From positions 1 to 63,054 of the forward strand of contig JAQWMV010000278.1 in the NCBI GenBank assembly GCA_029246605.1: DNA of 63,054 nucleotides, written 5' to 3'. Below the pieces are notes generated by a model. It did not search any database. It had not been told where the DNA came from and worked only from the letters and a program-made list of their open reading frames with translations. Position 1 is the stretch's first letter; each line of letters starts with the position of its first letter. A program made the position numbers and the translations under genes. Below, piece by piece: positions 9,566 through 19,936 of this stretch. Origin of the DNA: Pseudomonadales bacterium. GTDB lineage: Bacteria > Pseudomonadota > Gammaproteobacteria > Pseudomonadales > Azotimanducaceae.

Positions 9566-10743
9566 TGGGCGCCTCCACTTAGGATTTCATTTATTCGACT
9601 GGGTTGTATATGGTCACCCAAGTTATTACCCCAGGCATTACGCTCATAGGTAATGACTGCTGCTAACTGTGCGGGATTGAGCTGTGTGCCAAAGGCCTGC
9701 ATTGCCGTGCCTGCCTTGCCGTTTAGAATGATGTCTGTGTGCGCCGCGATGGGCCCTACAGCTAATCCCTGGCCCTTGAGGGAAGGAAACACCGGAGGAA
9801 TTCCTTCGCCATTCAACTGATGGCAAGCTGCACAACTTTGCTGGTAAACAGTTTCTCCGGTTGCCATTAGCTCCTCGAAAGTCCATTCCTTGCCTATCGT
9901 TTCGTAGACAACTCGCGCCGCTTCCTGCTTTTCAGCGAGCCATATCTCATAATCTTCTTCACTTACGGCATGAACTTCGATGGGCATGAAGCCGTGATCT
10001 TTGCCGCAGAGTTCAGCACATTGGCCACGATAAATACCGGGTTCATCTACAATGGTCCATGACTCATGTATAAAGCCTGGAATCGCGTCTTTTTTCACTG
10101 CAAATGCCGGGACCCACCATGCATGTATTACATCTTCGGAAGTAATCAAAAAGCGTACGCGCTTATTAATTGGGATAACCATCGGCTCATCAACTTCGAC
10201 CAGGTAAAACTCATTTTTGGTGGCGCGGTTTTCAATTTCGTCCCTAGGCGTAGACAGGCTACTGACGAATCGTACTTCTTTTGCAGGATCATCATTCAGG
10301 TAAGTGTACTGCCATTTCCACTGAATCCCTCTGACTTCAATATCGATGTCTGATTCACCCGCATCATACATATCTTGTAGCGTACTCGTCGCTGGCAACG
10401 CCATAACAACAAGTATAACAATGGGGATAACAGTCCACAGGTATTCCAATTTTGTATTCTCATGAAAAGTAGCCGGAACCGCACCGCGTGACTTGCGATG
10501 CAAAATCATAGACACCATCATTGCACCGAATACCACAATGCCAATGACGACACACAAAATGAAAATAATCATATGCAGGTCGTATACCTGCCGACTAATT
10601 TCAGTAACACCCTGGGTCATGTTAACTGCCCAATCAGCCATAGCAGCATTGCCACCAAGCAACATAACAAGTCCTGCTGACCAAGGAATGGGGTTAGCTC
10701 TACGCATCAAAAAGCTCCGAGTAATTACGATCAACCCTCGCAC
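9562..10743 (-). CDS. coxB: Cytochrome c oxidase subunit II with C-terminal cytochrome c domain
   Basis: 393 aa with the CuA site 'CAELCGKDHGFM' and the heme c motif 'CAACH'. Confidence 0.9.
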   Translation of the reverse strand: MRGLIVITRSFLMRRANPIPWSAGLVMLLGGNAAMADWAVNMTQGVTEISRQVYDLHMIIFILCVVIGIVVFGAMMVSMILHRKSRGAVPATFHENTKLEYLWTVIPIVILVVMALPATSTLQDMYDAGESDIDIEVRGIQWKWQYTYLNDDPAKEVRFVSSLSTPRDEIENRATKNEFYLVEVDEPMVIPINKRVRFLITSEDVIHAWWVPAFAVKKDAIPGFIHESWTIVDEPGIYRGQCAELCGKDHGFMPIEVHAVSEEDYEIWLAEKQEAARVVYETIGKEWTFEELMATGETVYQQSCAACHQLNGEGIPPVFPSLKGQGLAVGPIAAHTDIILNGKAGTAMQAFGTQLNPAQLAAVITYERNAWGNNLGDHIQPSRINEILSGGAQ

Positions 10744-10820
10744 ATGCGGGGGCCCGCATTCTATATATTTTATCTAGGTAAATGAACTATCGATTGAGGT
10801 TTTTTGACAGACTTAACCTA

Positions 10821-11024
10821 TCAATCTTTTTGCCGGGAGGATCTGACAATAATTTCCGGTTCTTCTTTCTCTCTGGTCTCATGGTGCCCACAACTTATAC
10901 AACTTAAAGTTTGTGTACCGTCCTCGATATAGATTTTATCAACCTGACTACAGACAGGACAAGAGGCACCAGCGATAAATTTTCTCGTCTGGCTCTTTTG
11001 GGGTTTTTCAGGGCGATAGATCAT
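10821..11024 (-). CDS. yheV: YheV-family small zinc-ribbon protein
   Basis: 67 aa with 'KFIAGASCPVC...CISCGH', the two CxxC pairs arranged as in E. coli YheV. It overlaps the aroE stop by 4 nt. Confidence 0.5.
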   Translation of the reverse strand: MIYRPEKPQKSQTRKFIAGASCPVCSQVDKIYIEDGTQTLSCISCGHHETREKEEPEIIVRSSRQKD

Positions 11025-11812
11025 TGCCTCAGGGCCGCAATCACGTCAGCGGTTTCAACCTGCACGTCGAACCAGATGTTAAACGCCAGCGCGGCTTGTT
11101 CCACAAGCATACCTAAACCATCTGCCAGCTGAGACACTCCTGAATCTGCACACCAGCTCAAAAAGGCTTTATTTCCATAACTCATGTCGTAGCAACAACT
11201 TTTTGGGGTGATGATTGATGTCGGCAAGTCCAGGCTCGCCCCCTGCAGAGCTACTGATGTACCATTGATAATGACATCAAAGGCATCATTTGGCACCTCG
11301 ATCGCTCGAACACGTGGATCATTATGTTTTTCAACAATTGCGACCGCTTTGCTTAGCGTACGATTTAGTATCTCCACGGTGCTTGGCGCACCAGCAAGTA
11401 GATTACTTACAACACCGCTGACCGCGCCCCCCGCGCCGAGGACCAGGACCTTTTTGTCCTTTATCGTCCAGCCAAGGTTGGCTGAAATATCTTTCATCAA
11501 TCCGGCACCGTCGGTATTGTCACCGTAAATCACACCTTTCCTGACGCTAATCGTATTAACGGCTTCAGCAAGGACGGCAGCGTTAGAGCACTGTTCAGCA
11601 AAGTGATATGCATCATTTTTGTATGGGACGGTAATATTGAATCCCTTTGCTCCACCTTCAAGAAACTGCTCGGCGTAGCGCACAAACTCTCCCGGTGGGA
11701 CAAATATCGGTTCATAGTCAATTTCAAGACCATGTTGCTTCGCAAACAGCTGATGAATTTCAGGAGAACGGCTATGACCTATAGGGTTACCAAACACTGC
11801 TAGCTGGTGCAT
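11021..11812 (-). CDS. aroE: Shikimate dehydrogenase
   Basis: 263 aa with 'GNPIGHSRSP' and the 'VLGAGGA' NADP site. Confidence 0.85.
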   Translation of the reverse strand: MHQLAVFGNPIGHSRSPEIHQLFAKQHGLEIDYEPIFVPPGEFVRYAEQFLEGGAKGFNITVPYKNDAYHFAEQCSNAAVLAEAVNTISVRKGVIYGDNTDGAGLMKDISANLGWTIKDKKVLVLGAGGAVSGVVSNLLAGAPSTVEILNRTLSKAVAIVEKHNDPRVRAIEVPNDAFDVIINGTSVALQGASLDLPTSIITPKSCCYDMSYGNKAFLSWCADSGVSQLADGLGMLVEQAALAFNIWFDVQVETADVIAALRQ

Positions 11813-12384
11813 TATGCTCCCTGACGCAAAACATCGCCGCTCATCAAATCTCTTATTTCGCTTGCCCCTGTTGCACAGCCCAGCTCGCCATGCACTATCT
11901 GATCAACATCAGTACCGAAATATTGCCTAACCCGAAGTGCACTCCTCGCTGCTTCCCGGCCTGTCGGATTCGCAGAAGTTGACACTATTGGACCACCGAG
12001 GTGATCACAAATTGACCTGACAACAGGGTGGGCTGATAGACGAAGCGCCACTCGCTGATGGCGACCTTTTATCCACGTGGGGGCGACACCGTTGTCTGGT
12101 ATTAGATAGGTGACTGCTGACGGCCATGTCTTTTCCAGTTGACGACGTGCTTCGTCGCCAAGACCCGCCAAATAATCTTCAACCTGCTCAAATCTAGATG
12201 CGACGAGTATAAGCCCCATATCCCAGGGTCTACGCTTAATACGAAGAATGTGTGCAACCGATTGCGCTAACTCGGGAAGACAACCTAGACCCCACACACC
12301 CTCAGTAGGATAGGCGATAACATCACCCTGGCAAAGATTCCTGGCTGTCAGGGTGGCACGCCATGATGGCAAAGCCTTAGGCAT
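11812..12384 (-). CDS. tsaC: L-threonylcarbamoyladenylate synthase (YrdC/TsaC)
   Basis: 190 aa with 'IAYPTEGVWGLGC' and 'STSANPTG'. Confidence 0.8.
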   Translation of the reverse strand: MPKALPSWRATLTARNLCQGDVIAYPTEGVWGLGCLPELAQSVAHILRIKRRPWDMGLILVASRFEQVEDYLAGLGDEARRQLEKTWPSAVTYLIPDNGVAPTWIKGRHQRVALRLSAHPVVRSICDHLGGPIVSTSANPTGREAARSALRVRQYFGTDVDQIVHGELGCATGASEIRDLMSGDVLRQGA

Positions 12385-12865
12385 TCAAACCGGCGTTTTT
12401 CTGCCGCACAGCTTCAGCATTTTTTTCACGGTCTTCTCGCAATTTCCCTGCAAGATTTTCGTCTGCAGTTGCCAAAATCTGTGCCGCGAGATATCCAGCA
12501 TTCTTAGCACCCGCCTTACCAATTGCGACACAAGCTACCGGTATACCACCAGGCATCTGTACCGTTGACAGCAATGCGTCGATGCCGTTTAAGGGTCCAG
12601 CATCAATAGGCACACCAATCACAGGTTTTAGGGTTTGAGCCGCTACCGCACCGGCTAGATGCGCAGCCATCCCTGCTGCCGCAATGAATACACCACAACC
12701 TCTGGACTCGGCATCATGTACATAGTCTCTAGTGTCTTCTGGCGTTCTATGTGCTGAAGTGACTCGCACTTCATAGTCTACCGCTAAATCCTTGAGGACT
12801 CCGATAGTGGATTCCATCACCGGTAAGTCTGAATCAGAACCCATTAAAATGGCAACAAATGGCAT
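12377..12865 (-). CDS. purE: N5-carboxyaminoimidazole ribonucleotide mutase (class I PurE)
   Basis: It has 'VAILMGSDSDLPVM', 'SAHRTPE' and 'AGMAAHLAG'. The start is placed at 'MPFVAIL'. The stop overlaps the tsaC start by 8 nt. Confidence 0.85.
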   Translation of the reverse strand: MPFVAILMGSDSDLPVMESTIGVLKDLAVDYEVRVTSAHRTPEDTRDYVHDAESRGCGVFIAAAGMAAHLAGAVAAQTLKPVIGVPIDAGPLNGIDALLSTVQMPGGIPVACVAIGKAGAKNAGYLAAQILATADENLAGKLREDREKNAEAVRQKNAGLNA

Positions 12866-12901
12866 CGCTACTCCAATTTTCAAAAAGGAAGGCAAATTAA
12901 C

Positions 12902-13102
12902 CTAGACACCATCAGGTTTCAAGCTGAGATAACCTCCTCGTTCCTAAGCAACAAGACCCAGCACCTCCAACTCAACAAGCGCGCACAACACTTCATCTAT
13001 AGAAAGGCCAAGTTGTGCTTCCAGCTGGTCAGTATTTTGCGGTTCCCATCTAGAATGGACAAAAACAGTTGTTGGTGACCCGTTAACGTCTGATAGGGCA
13101 TT
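12902..13102 (-). pseudogene. dprA: Remnant of dprA (smf): C-terminal winged-helix segment only, with an in-frame TAG
   Basis: My minus-strand translation reads '...WEPQNTDQLEAQLGLSIDEVLCALVELEVLGLVA*ERGGYLSLKPDGV*'. This matches the DprA C-terminal pattern (..LLELEL.G.V...GGY.RL). It sits where dprA lies in Pseudomonas-type synteny (tsaP-dprA-tsaC). Only about 420 bp of non-coding DNA is available for a gene of about 1.1 kb. Confidence 0.5.
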
Positions 13103-13121
13103 TTAGTCAATGCCCTATCAG
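13090..13121. repeat. Perfect 13-bp inverted repeat (CTGATAGGGCATT-ttagtc-AATGCCCTATCAG)
   Basis: Read directly. The loop is 6 nt and there is no flanking T-tract on either strand. Confidence 0.7.
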
Positions 13122-13316
13122 CAACAAATGACAACTATTACAATACATCCTAGGCATTTTGGGTCGATCACATAACAGACGAAACAGGCAAAGCAGATCT
13201 ACATCAAATGCTGGCACATTGGTGCCCTTGTTAATTCCAGTAGGGCAAACCTATCAGGCACAGGTAATCTGGCGCAGTCAAATTCGCTGAAAAATTAGTA
13301 ATAAATTTCTTAGATG

Positions 13317-14228
13317 CTAGGGGCTCTTTACGACATCGCCAATTCTGAGAGGTTCTTCGGTCTCCAGCATCAGGCCATAGGCCATTTTATCGGAGCTGCT
13401 AAACACCATGAGAAGGCCGGCACGCTCTGCAGGCAGACGAACTCTGTCACCTTTCATTCGATCTCTAGCGACATTTCCGCTCTTATAGATCGCAAGCACA
13501 ACCTAGACTGAGGCCATTCTGAAGACCTCGATTAACAACTACGGCGCTACGACCAACCTGTGTGACACCACCGAGGACCGTCATGATGACACCCTCAACG
13601 TACTCTTTCGGTGCTTTCGGATAGAACGTAGATTCAACACGTCTTTCTTCGGTCGGCATCAGGCGATCACCTACACGAACATCTGTATTCACCTGGGTCA
13701 ATTTGAGCGTAACAATGTCCTCACTGCGAGACATCACTCTGGCCGCGCCAACTTGGGTCGCTTCAAAGCCAAGGACTTCATCCATTCCCGAGTCCATGTA
13801 AAAATTGCCTTGGCGAAAAATTCCATAGACTGTCGTATCGTCATCCCACTCTCCGCGGCCATACGGCTCATCTCCTGGGCCAAAGATCAATCGATCCGCT
13901 GTTCCAGACAGAATATAAGGTGCAGTTGTGTTCTGGATTTATTACCACGTTGAACGGACAACTGTGGCTGACCATCCACGTAGGTCAATACAATTTCATC
14001 ACGGGGGTATATAAGGTGTGGGTTCTCAATGTCTGGAGTGATATGCCAGATTTCTGGCCAAAGCCAGGCATCTGTATGAAACATCCTTTCGATATCCCAC
14101 AATGTGTCACCATCAGCGACCGTATAGTTGTTGGGATGATCTGCCTTTAGTGCAACCTCTTCCGCACAGACATATGGTTATACGACCCTGGCAAAAACCA
14201 GTATCAGGGACAGAAGAGTTTTCTTCAT
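13317..14228 (-). pseudogene. LysM-domain protein (TsaP-like, divergent from def) disrupted by one nonsense codon and two frameshifts
   Basis: The signal peptide '[16 protein letters not shown]' is followed by an in-frame TAA (14178-14180), then the LysM region 'YTVADGDTLWDIERMF...PHLIYP'. The frame shifts near 13900-13940 ('APYILSGTADRLIFGPGDEPYGRG...') and shifts back near 13495-13510 ('VLAIYKSGNVARD...LPAERAGLLMVF'). The fragments correspond to track ORFs 14178..14360, 13887..14102, 13483..13890 and 13317..13499. Confidence 0.65.
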
Positions 14229-14360
14229 AGGGCGAATCCCACCATTAAAAAGGGTACAATACCAGGTTTTTCGAGGGACATATTCCACAGGAATGTCCAT
14301 TATGATCATAATCTTAGCAGCACAAGTTACATTATTACTATAGGTATATTGCAAAACCAT

Positions 14361-14861
14361 ATGGATTTATTAGAAATTTTGGAATTCCCAGATCCCCGGT
14401 TGCGCACAACGGCAAAGCCTGTAAAAAATGTTGATGGCAAGATCGCTGACCTCGCAGATCAGATGCTCGAAGCAATGTACGTGGCACCTGGTATCGGCCT
14501 CGCGGCAACTCAGGTGAATGTACACCTGGAACTTATTGTGGTGGATGTCACTGAGGACAAAGACTCGCCTATTGTGCTCATTAACCCCACAATCATCAAT
14601 ACTGAGGGTGAATTAGAGACTGCAGAAGGCTGTTTATCGGTCCCGGGCTTCTTTGAACCCGTTAATCGCGCCGAAATGATCACTATTGAAGCAATCAACA
14701 CAGCTGGAAACCCTTTCACGATGGAGGCCTCGGGACTGCTGGCGGTATGCATTCAACACGAGATGGATCATCTGAAAGGCAAGCTTTTTGTCGACTATCT
14801 ATCCAGTACAAAGCGTCAAATGATCCGCAAAAAACTTCTGAAGCAGCAGAAACAACGTTGA
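14361..14861 (+). CDS. def: Peptide deformylase
   Basis: It has 'GIGLAATQV', 'EGCLSVPG' and 'HEMDHL'. The start is the ATG at 14361. Confidence 0.9.
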   Translation: MDLLEILEFPDPRLRTTAKPVKNVDGKIADLADQMLEAMYVAPGIGLAATQVNVHLELIVVDVTEDKDSPIVLINPTIINTEGELETAEGCLSVPGFFEPVNRAEMITIEAINTAGNPFTMEASGLLAVCIQHEMDHLKGKLFVDYLSSTKRQMIRKKLLKQQKQR

Positions 14862-15802
14862 AAATTATTTTCGCAGGCACACCTGAATTCGCTGCGGCCC
14901 ACTTGTCAGCCTTAGTCGATAGTCCACATCAGGTCTTGGCCGTCATCACTCAACCTGATAAACCCGGGAAAAGGGGCAAGAAAACAGTGCCGAGCGCTGT
15001 AAAACAGGTGGCACTGGCCAATAATCTCGCGTTATTGCAGCCCAAACGGCTCAGTATCGCTGATATTTGCAAATACAATGCAGACCTTTTGATTGTCGTC
15101 GCATTTGGCCAAATCCTAAAAAAGGACATCCTTGACTATCCGCAACTGGGTTGTATCAATGTTCATGCATCTCTTTTGCCTCGTTGGCGCGGTGCGGCAC
15201 CGATTCAACGTGCACTTCAGGCTGGAGATGCCGAAACTGGGGTGTGCATTATACGGATGAATGAAGGACTGGACACTGGAGATGTGCTGTCCGTTGCGCA
15301 CGTCTCCATCAATGACAACGATACCGCTGCGACGCTGACCAAAACACTCGCGACACTGGGTGTTAACTGCCTACTAGAAACATTGCCGACGATCGCTGCA
15401 TCTACCTGTATTGCAGTACCCCAACAGGATCATGGTGCAAGCTACGCCACTAAACTCTTAAAGGATGAAGCTATTATCAACTGGTGCGATAACATAACCA
15501 ATATTGAACGAAACATTCGGGCATTTAATCCCGACCCAATCGCATACAGCTATCTTGGAGAACTTAGGATTAAAATATGGGCAGCGCAGGTTTTAGAATC
15601 AGACATCAACGCCCCACCGGGAGAGATCCTCAAACTCGATCGTGAAGGGGTTCATGTAGCAGCCGGCGGTGGGACGGTCATATTACAAAAACTGCAGTTA
15701 CCATTAGGCAAGGGTACCGTGTTGTCATCTAAAGATATCTTGAATTCCCGACGCGATTTGTTGCAGGTCGGAAAAACCTTTGCCGATCATGCAAGAGTAT
15801 AA
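14858..15802 (+). CDS. fmt: Methionyl-tRNA formyltransferase
   Basis: A TTG start at 14858 overlaps the def stop (TTGA). The protein begins '[11 protein letters not shown]' and contains '[15 protein letters not shown]'. Confidence 0.9.
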   Translation: MKIIFAGTPEFAAAHLSALVDSPHQVLAVITQPDKPGKRGKKTVPSAVKQVALANNLALLQPKRLSIADICKYNADLLIVVAFGQILKKDILDYPQLGCINVHASLLPRWRGAAPIQRALQAGDAETGVCIIRMNEGLDTGDVLSVAHVSINDNDTAATLTKTLATLGVNCLLETLPTIAASTCIAVPQQDHGASYATKLLKDEAIINWCDNITNIERNIRAFNPDPIAYSYLGELRIKIWAAQVLESDINAPPGEILKLDREGVHVAAGGGTVILQKLQLPLGKGTVLSSKDILNSRRDLLQVGKTFADHARV

Positions 15803-17033
15803 AGACGCGATAGATGTTCTAAGCGTTGTTCTAACAAGAGGACAACCCCTGGAATTTAAACAGCACCATTCTTCGTTATGCAAACAACTATGCTATGGCG
15901 TACTTCGAGACTACTACCAGTTAGTTTATTTTAGAGATAGTTTGCTTTCTAAAAAAACAAAGCATCAGGATCTAAACATCCTTCTGCTTTGCGGTATCTA
16001 CAGTATTTGTGAACTTAATAGACCTGACTATGCCAGCGTCAACGCGGTAGTGGAAACCGCTGTGGCAATCAAAAAACCCTGGGCTAAGGGCCTTTTGAAT
16101 GGCGTCTTGCGGAATTTCCAACGTCGTCGTGAAACACTCACTGCCAGTATTGATCAAGACACGAATCTCAACCATCCCAAGTGGTTAGTCGATGAGCTTC
16201 GTCTGGCTTGGCCGACACAGGCTGACAGCATTATCGCTGCAAACAACCATCCTGCACCCATGACATTGCGGGTAAACCTTTCGAAAACGGATCTAGTAAC
16301 CTATCAATCCCTGCTCAAGGATAAGGGCCTGACCACCAAAAAAATTCCTACTGTTCCTGGCGCGTTACAATTGCAGGACGCCGTTTCCGTAGAGTCTCTC
16401 CCTGGATTTTCCGAGGGTCTCGTCAGCATCCAGGATCAGGCTTCACAATTGGTGGCGCCATTACTGGACGCGAAACCCGGGCAGAAGATACTCGATGCCT
16501 GCGCAGCACCCGGCGGAAAAACTTGCCATCTGCTTGAACTACAACCTGACCTCAATTTGCTTGCTATGGATTGGGATCGCCATCGCATCGATCAAATCCA
16601 ACAGAATCTCGATCGATTGGGAACTACATGTCGGATAGCTCGATCAGATTTTCTTGACTATACGGGCAAGAATTTTGACAGGATCCTGCTGGATGTGCCC
16701 TGCTCGGCAACAGGTATTATCCGGCGTCATCCGGACATTAAATTGCTGCGAGATCGAGACGATGTTGGTAAGCTTTCCATCACACAATCCAGACTGCTAG
16801 CCACCGCATGGAATTATCTGGAAACCGGAGGGGAACTCCTATACTCCACCTGCTCGATCCTGCCACAGGAAAACGAGTCTGTCGTGAGTGATTTCGCCAA
16901 TCAGCGGGAAGACTTGGTCGTACTACCGGTCGATATTGCTGAGGGCATTGCCCTCTCTATTGGTCGCCAGCTATTTCCCACTATTGATGGCCATGATGGC
17001 TTTTACATTGCGCGCCTTAAAAAGGTAGCTTAA
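15789..17033 (+). CDS. rsmB: 16S rRNA (cytosine967-C5)-methyltransferase
   Basis: It has an N-terminal NusB-like region, '[10 protein letters not shown]', 'DVPCSATG' and 'YSTCS'. The start could instead be the TTG at 15780. Confidence 0.85.
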   Translation: MQEYKDAIDVLSVVLTRGQPLEFKQHHSSLCKQLCYGVLRDYYQLVYFRDSLLSKKTKHQDLNILLLCGIYSICELNRPDYASVNAVVETAVAIKKPWAKGLLNGVLRNFQRRRETLTASIDQDTNLNHPKWLVDELRLAWPTQADSIIAANNHPAPMTLRVNLSKTDLVTYQSLLKDKGLTTKKIPTVPGALQLQDAVSVESLPGFSEGLVSIQDQASQLVAPLLDAKPGQKILDACAAPGGKTCHLLELQPDLNLLAMDWDRHRIDQIQQNLDRLGTTCRIARSDFLDYTGKNFDRILLDVPCSATGIIRRHPDIKLLRDRDDVGKLSITQSRLLATAWNYLETGGELLYSTCSILPQENESVVSDFANQREDLVVLPVDIAEGIALSIGRQLFPTIDGHDGFYIARLKKVA

Positions 17034-17035
17034 CG

Positions 17036-18406
17036 ATGAAGATCATAATACTCGGTGGTGGAGAAGTGGGTGGGAACCTGGCCCATAACCTAACCCAGGA
17101 AGCTAGTGATATCACGGTCGTCGACATAGACGCAGATCGTCTACGGGACCTCCAGGACAGATACGATATCAGGACGGTTCGTGGCATGGCTTCACACCCG
17201 GACGTATTACGCTCCGCCGGCGCCGAAGATGCTGATATGTTGATCGCAGTCACCAATAGCGACGAAGTTAACATGGTCGCCTGTCAGGTTGCCTATACCG
17301 TATTTCATACGCCAACCAAAATAGCCCGTGTGCGCTCCAGTGCATACATCTCTGGGGGCAGTATATTTCGAGATGACGCCATGCCTGTGGACGTGACGGT
17401 TAATCCGGAAGCGATCATCAAAGATGATATACGCCGTCTGATCGAAAACCCCGGGGCCCTACAGGTGATGGATTTCGCAGACGGACAGGTCCAAATGGTC
17501 GGCATCAAGGCCTACTATGGTGGACCACTTGTTGATCAGAAGTTACGAGACTTTCGTAAACATATGCCCATGGTTGATACCAGGGTTGCGGCAATTTTTC
17601 GAGACAATAAACCAATAATTCCCGAAGGTGACACGATTATTGAGGCCGATGATGAAGTGTTTTTCATCGCAGCCACCCGCGATATTCACACGGTCATGAG
17701 TGAGCTACGGCGTACAGAACCGCCCAACAAGCGAATCGTTATTGCGGGTGGTGGACATATTGGACAGGGCCTCGCCGAATCAGTGGAAGATCACTATGGT
17801 GTACGCATCATCGAACGAAGCCGTCAAAGAAGTTATGAGTTATCAGAAAAACTCGACAGAGCCATTGTACTTATTGGCGATGCCTCGGATCGAGACCTGT
17901 TGATCGAAGAAAATATCGCCGAAACTGATGTTTTCTGCGCCGTGACCAATGATGACGAGGCCAACATCATGTCATCACTTTTGGCAAAAAGCCTCGGTGC
18001 CAAGAAGGTCATCACACTGATAAACAATCCTGCATATATTAATCTAATTGGCAGCGATATAGACATCGCGATATCACCCCAGCAGGCAACCCTCGGCACA
18101 ATACTCACACATATCCGCCGTGGCGATGTCGTCAAAGTACACTCTCTTAGGCACGGTGCTGCAGAAGCCATCGAAGCGATTGCACATGGCGATGAATCTA
18201 CGTCAAAAGTTATTGGCAGGACATTAGGCGAGATCAATCTGCCACCCGGCACATCAATAGGCGGCCTGGTGCGTAGCGGAGACGTCGTAATCGCACACGA
18301 TGACATCATCGTAAAACCTGATGATCACCTCATCTTATTCCTCGTCGACAAATCGCGTATCAAAGATGTGGAACGCCTGTTTCAGGCACCCTTAAGTTTT
18401 ATCTAA
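17036..18406 (+). CDS. trkA: Trk potassium uptake system NAD-binding protein TrkA
   Basis: 456 aa with two RCK/Rossmann repeats ('ILGGGEVGG', 'IAGGGHIGQ'). Confidence 0.9.
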   Translation: MKIIILGGGEVGGNLAHNLTQEASDITVVDIDADRLRDLQDRYDIRTVRGMASHPDVLRSAGAEDADMLIAVTNSDEVNMVACQVAYTVFHTPTKIARVRSSAYISGGSIFRDDAMPVDVTVNPEAIIKDDIRRLIENPGALQVMDFADGQVQMVGIKAYYGGPLVDQKLRDFRKHMPMVDTRVAAIFRDNKPIIPEGDTIIEADDEVFFIAATRDIHTVMSELRRTEPPNKRIVIAGGGHIGQGLAESVEDHYGVRIIERSRQRSYELSEKLDRAIVLIGDASDRDLLIEENIAETDVFCAVTNDDEANIMSSLLAKSLGAKKVITLINNPAYINLIGSDIDIAISPQQATLGTILTHIRRGDVVKVHSLRHGAAEAIEAIAHGDESTSKVIGRTLGEINLPPGTSIGGLVRSGDVVIAHDDIIVKPDDHLILFLVDKSRIKDVERLFQAPLSFI

Positions 18407-18410
18407 CGCC

Positions 18411-19862
18411 ATGCATCTACAAATCGCTTTTCGTATTGTGGGCAGTTTACTGATGATTTTCAGCGTCACGATGCTTTTGCATCTGGCTCTTTCATATTTT
18501 GTTTTCGAAGATGGCGTGGCATCCGTTTTCCTCAATGCTTTTGCAGTGACATTCATTATTGGGTTCTGCATGTGGCTCCTATTTAGACGTTTCGAAGCAG
18601 AGATGCGAATTAAAGACGGATTCTTAGTCACTGTTCTGTTCTACGTTGCCCTAGGATCCTTTGGTTCTATTCCCTTTGCAGACAGCGATGGTATTGGTCT
18701 TTCTATTCCAGATGCACTCTTCGAATCTTTCTCGGGGCTTACAACCACCGGGGCTACTGTACTGACCAACATAGATGACCTGCCAAAAACCATTCTGTTT
18801 TATCGGCAGTGGCTCCAGTGGTTGGGGGGCATGGGCATTATCGTACTGGCGGTGGCAATATTACCGATGCTCGGTGTCGGTGGCATGCAGCTCTATCGTG
18901 CTGAAACGCCGGGACCCATGAAGGACAGCAAGCTAACCCCCCGCATTCATCAGACAGCGGTGGCGCTCTGGTCAATATATGTCGGTCTGACCTTATCTTG
19001 TGCCTTGGCATACTGGATTGCTGGCATGAATTTATTTGATGCGATATGCCATAGCTTTTCCACCGTCGCAATTGGTGGCTTCTCTACCCACGATCTCAGC
19101 ATCGGTTACTTCAAATCCCCTGCCATCGAAGCCGTTGCCATTGTTTTTATGATTATTTCCGGGATTAATTTTAGCCTGCATTTCTATACCTTCAAAAACC
19201 ACTCGGCACGGCACTATTTCGCAGATGATGAGACCAAGTTTTACCTGATAATTTTATTGATCGCGTCGGTTATCACCGCCCTTATCCTTGCGCATTACCA
19301 TACCTACGAGGGTTTTCATTCTCTAAGGATGGCAGTCTTTACTGTCGTTTCTATCTTCACGACCACTGGATTTGCAACGGACAACTTCAGCGTTTGGCCC
19401 AGCATGCTACCTTATTTTATTTTCCTCGGCGCGTTTGCAGGGGCATGCGCAGGTTCCACCGGCGGTGGCATGAAGGTTATGCGGGTTTTGCTTATCTGGA
19501 AGCAAGGATTACGTGAAATCAGTCGCTTAATCCATCCCAACGCTGTTTTTCCCATCAAGCTCAATCATAGACCGGTCACCAACTCAGTCGTCGAAGCAGT
19601 CTGGGGGTTTTTCTCAGTCTATGTGATTTTATTTTTGTTTCTGCTGCTGGCGATGGTAGCTTTTGGTATGGATTTTGTGACGGCATTCTCTGCTGTTGGT
19701 GCTTGTATAAACAATCTAGGTCCTGGTCTTGGTGATGTTGCACAACACTACGCAAACATCAGTGACCCTGCAAAAATAGTCCTTACGATTGCCATGATTC
19801 TGGGTCGACTAGAGATATTTACCCTGCTAGTACTATTCACCTTCATGTTTTGGCGCAAATAG
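18411..19862 (+). CDS. trkH: Trk potassium uptake membrane protein TrkH
   Basis: 483 aa polytopic protein with repeated 'TTGF/TTGA' selectivity-filter-like motifs. Confidence 0.9.
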   Translation: MHLQIAFRIVGSLLMIFSVTMLLHLALSYFVFEDGVASVFLNAFAVTFIIGFCMWLLFRRFEAEMRIKDGFLVTVLFYVALGSFGSIPFADSDGIGLSIPDALFESFSGLTTTGATVLTNIDDLPKTILFYRQWLQWLGGMGIIVLAVAILPMLGVGGMQLYRAETPGPMKDSKLTPRIHQTAVALWSIYVGLTLSCALAYWIAGMNLFDAICHSFSTVAIGGFSTHDLSIGYFKSPAIEAVAIVFMIISGINFSLHFYTFKNHSARHYFADDETKFYLIILLIASVITALILAHYHTYEGFHSLRMAVFTVVSIFTTTGFATDNFSVWPSMLPYFIFLGAFAGACAGSTGGGMKVMRVLLIWKQGLREISRLIHPNAVFPIKLNHRPVTNSVVEAVWGFFSVYVILFLFLLLAMVAFGMDFVTAFSAVGACINNLGPGLGDVAQHYANISDPAKIVLTIAMILGRLEIFTLLVLFTFMFWRK

Positions 19863-19936
19863 CCCAATGCAGAAATACCTATAGCTGGTCCTAAAAAGCT
19901 GATTGCTGGAAAACTATCTCTAGCTGGTTGCAGAAA

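Noticed and set aside
12071-12079. TTATCCACG, an 8/9 DnaA box that also overlaps a CACGTG core, inside tsaC.
   Set aside because: It is a single imperfect 9-mer about 20 kb from the origin, and its flanks do not match parS. It cannot be distinguished from chance.
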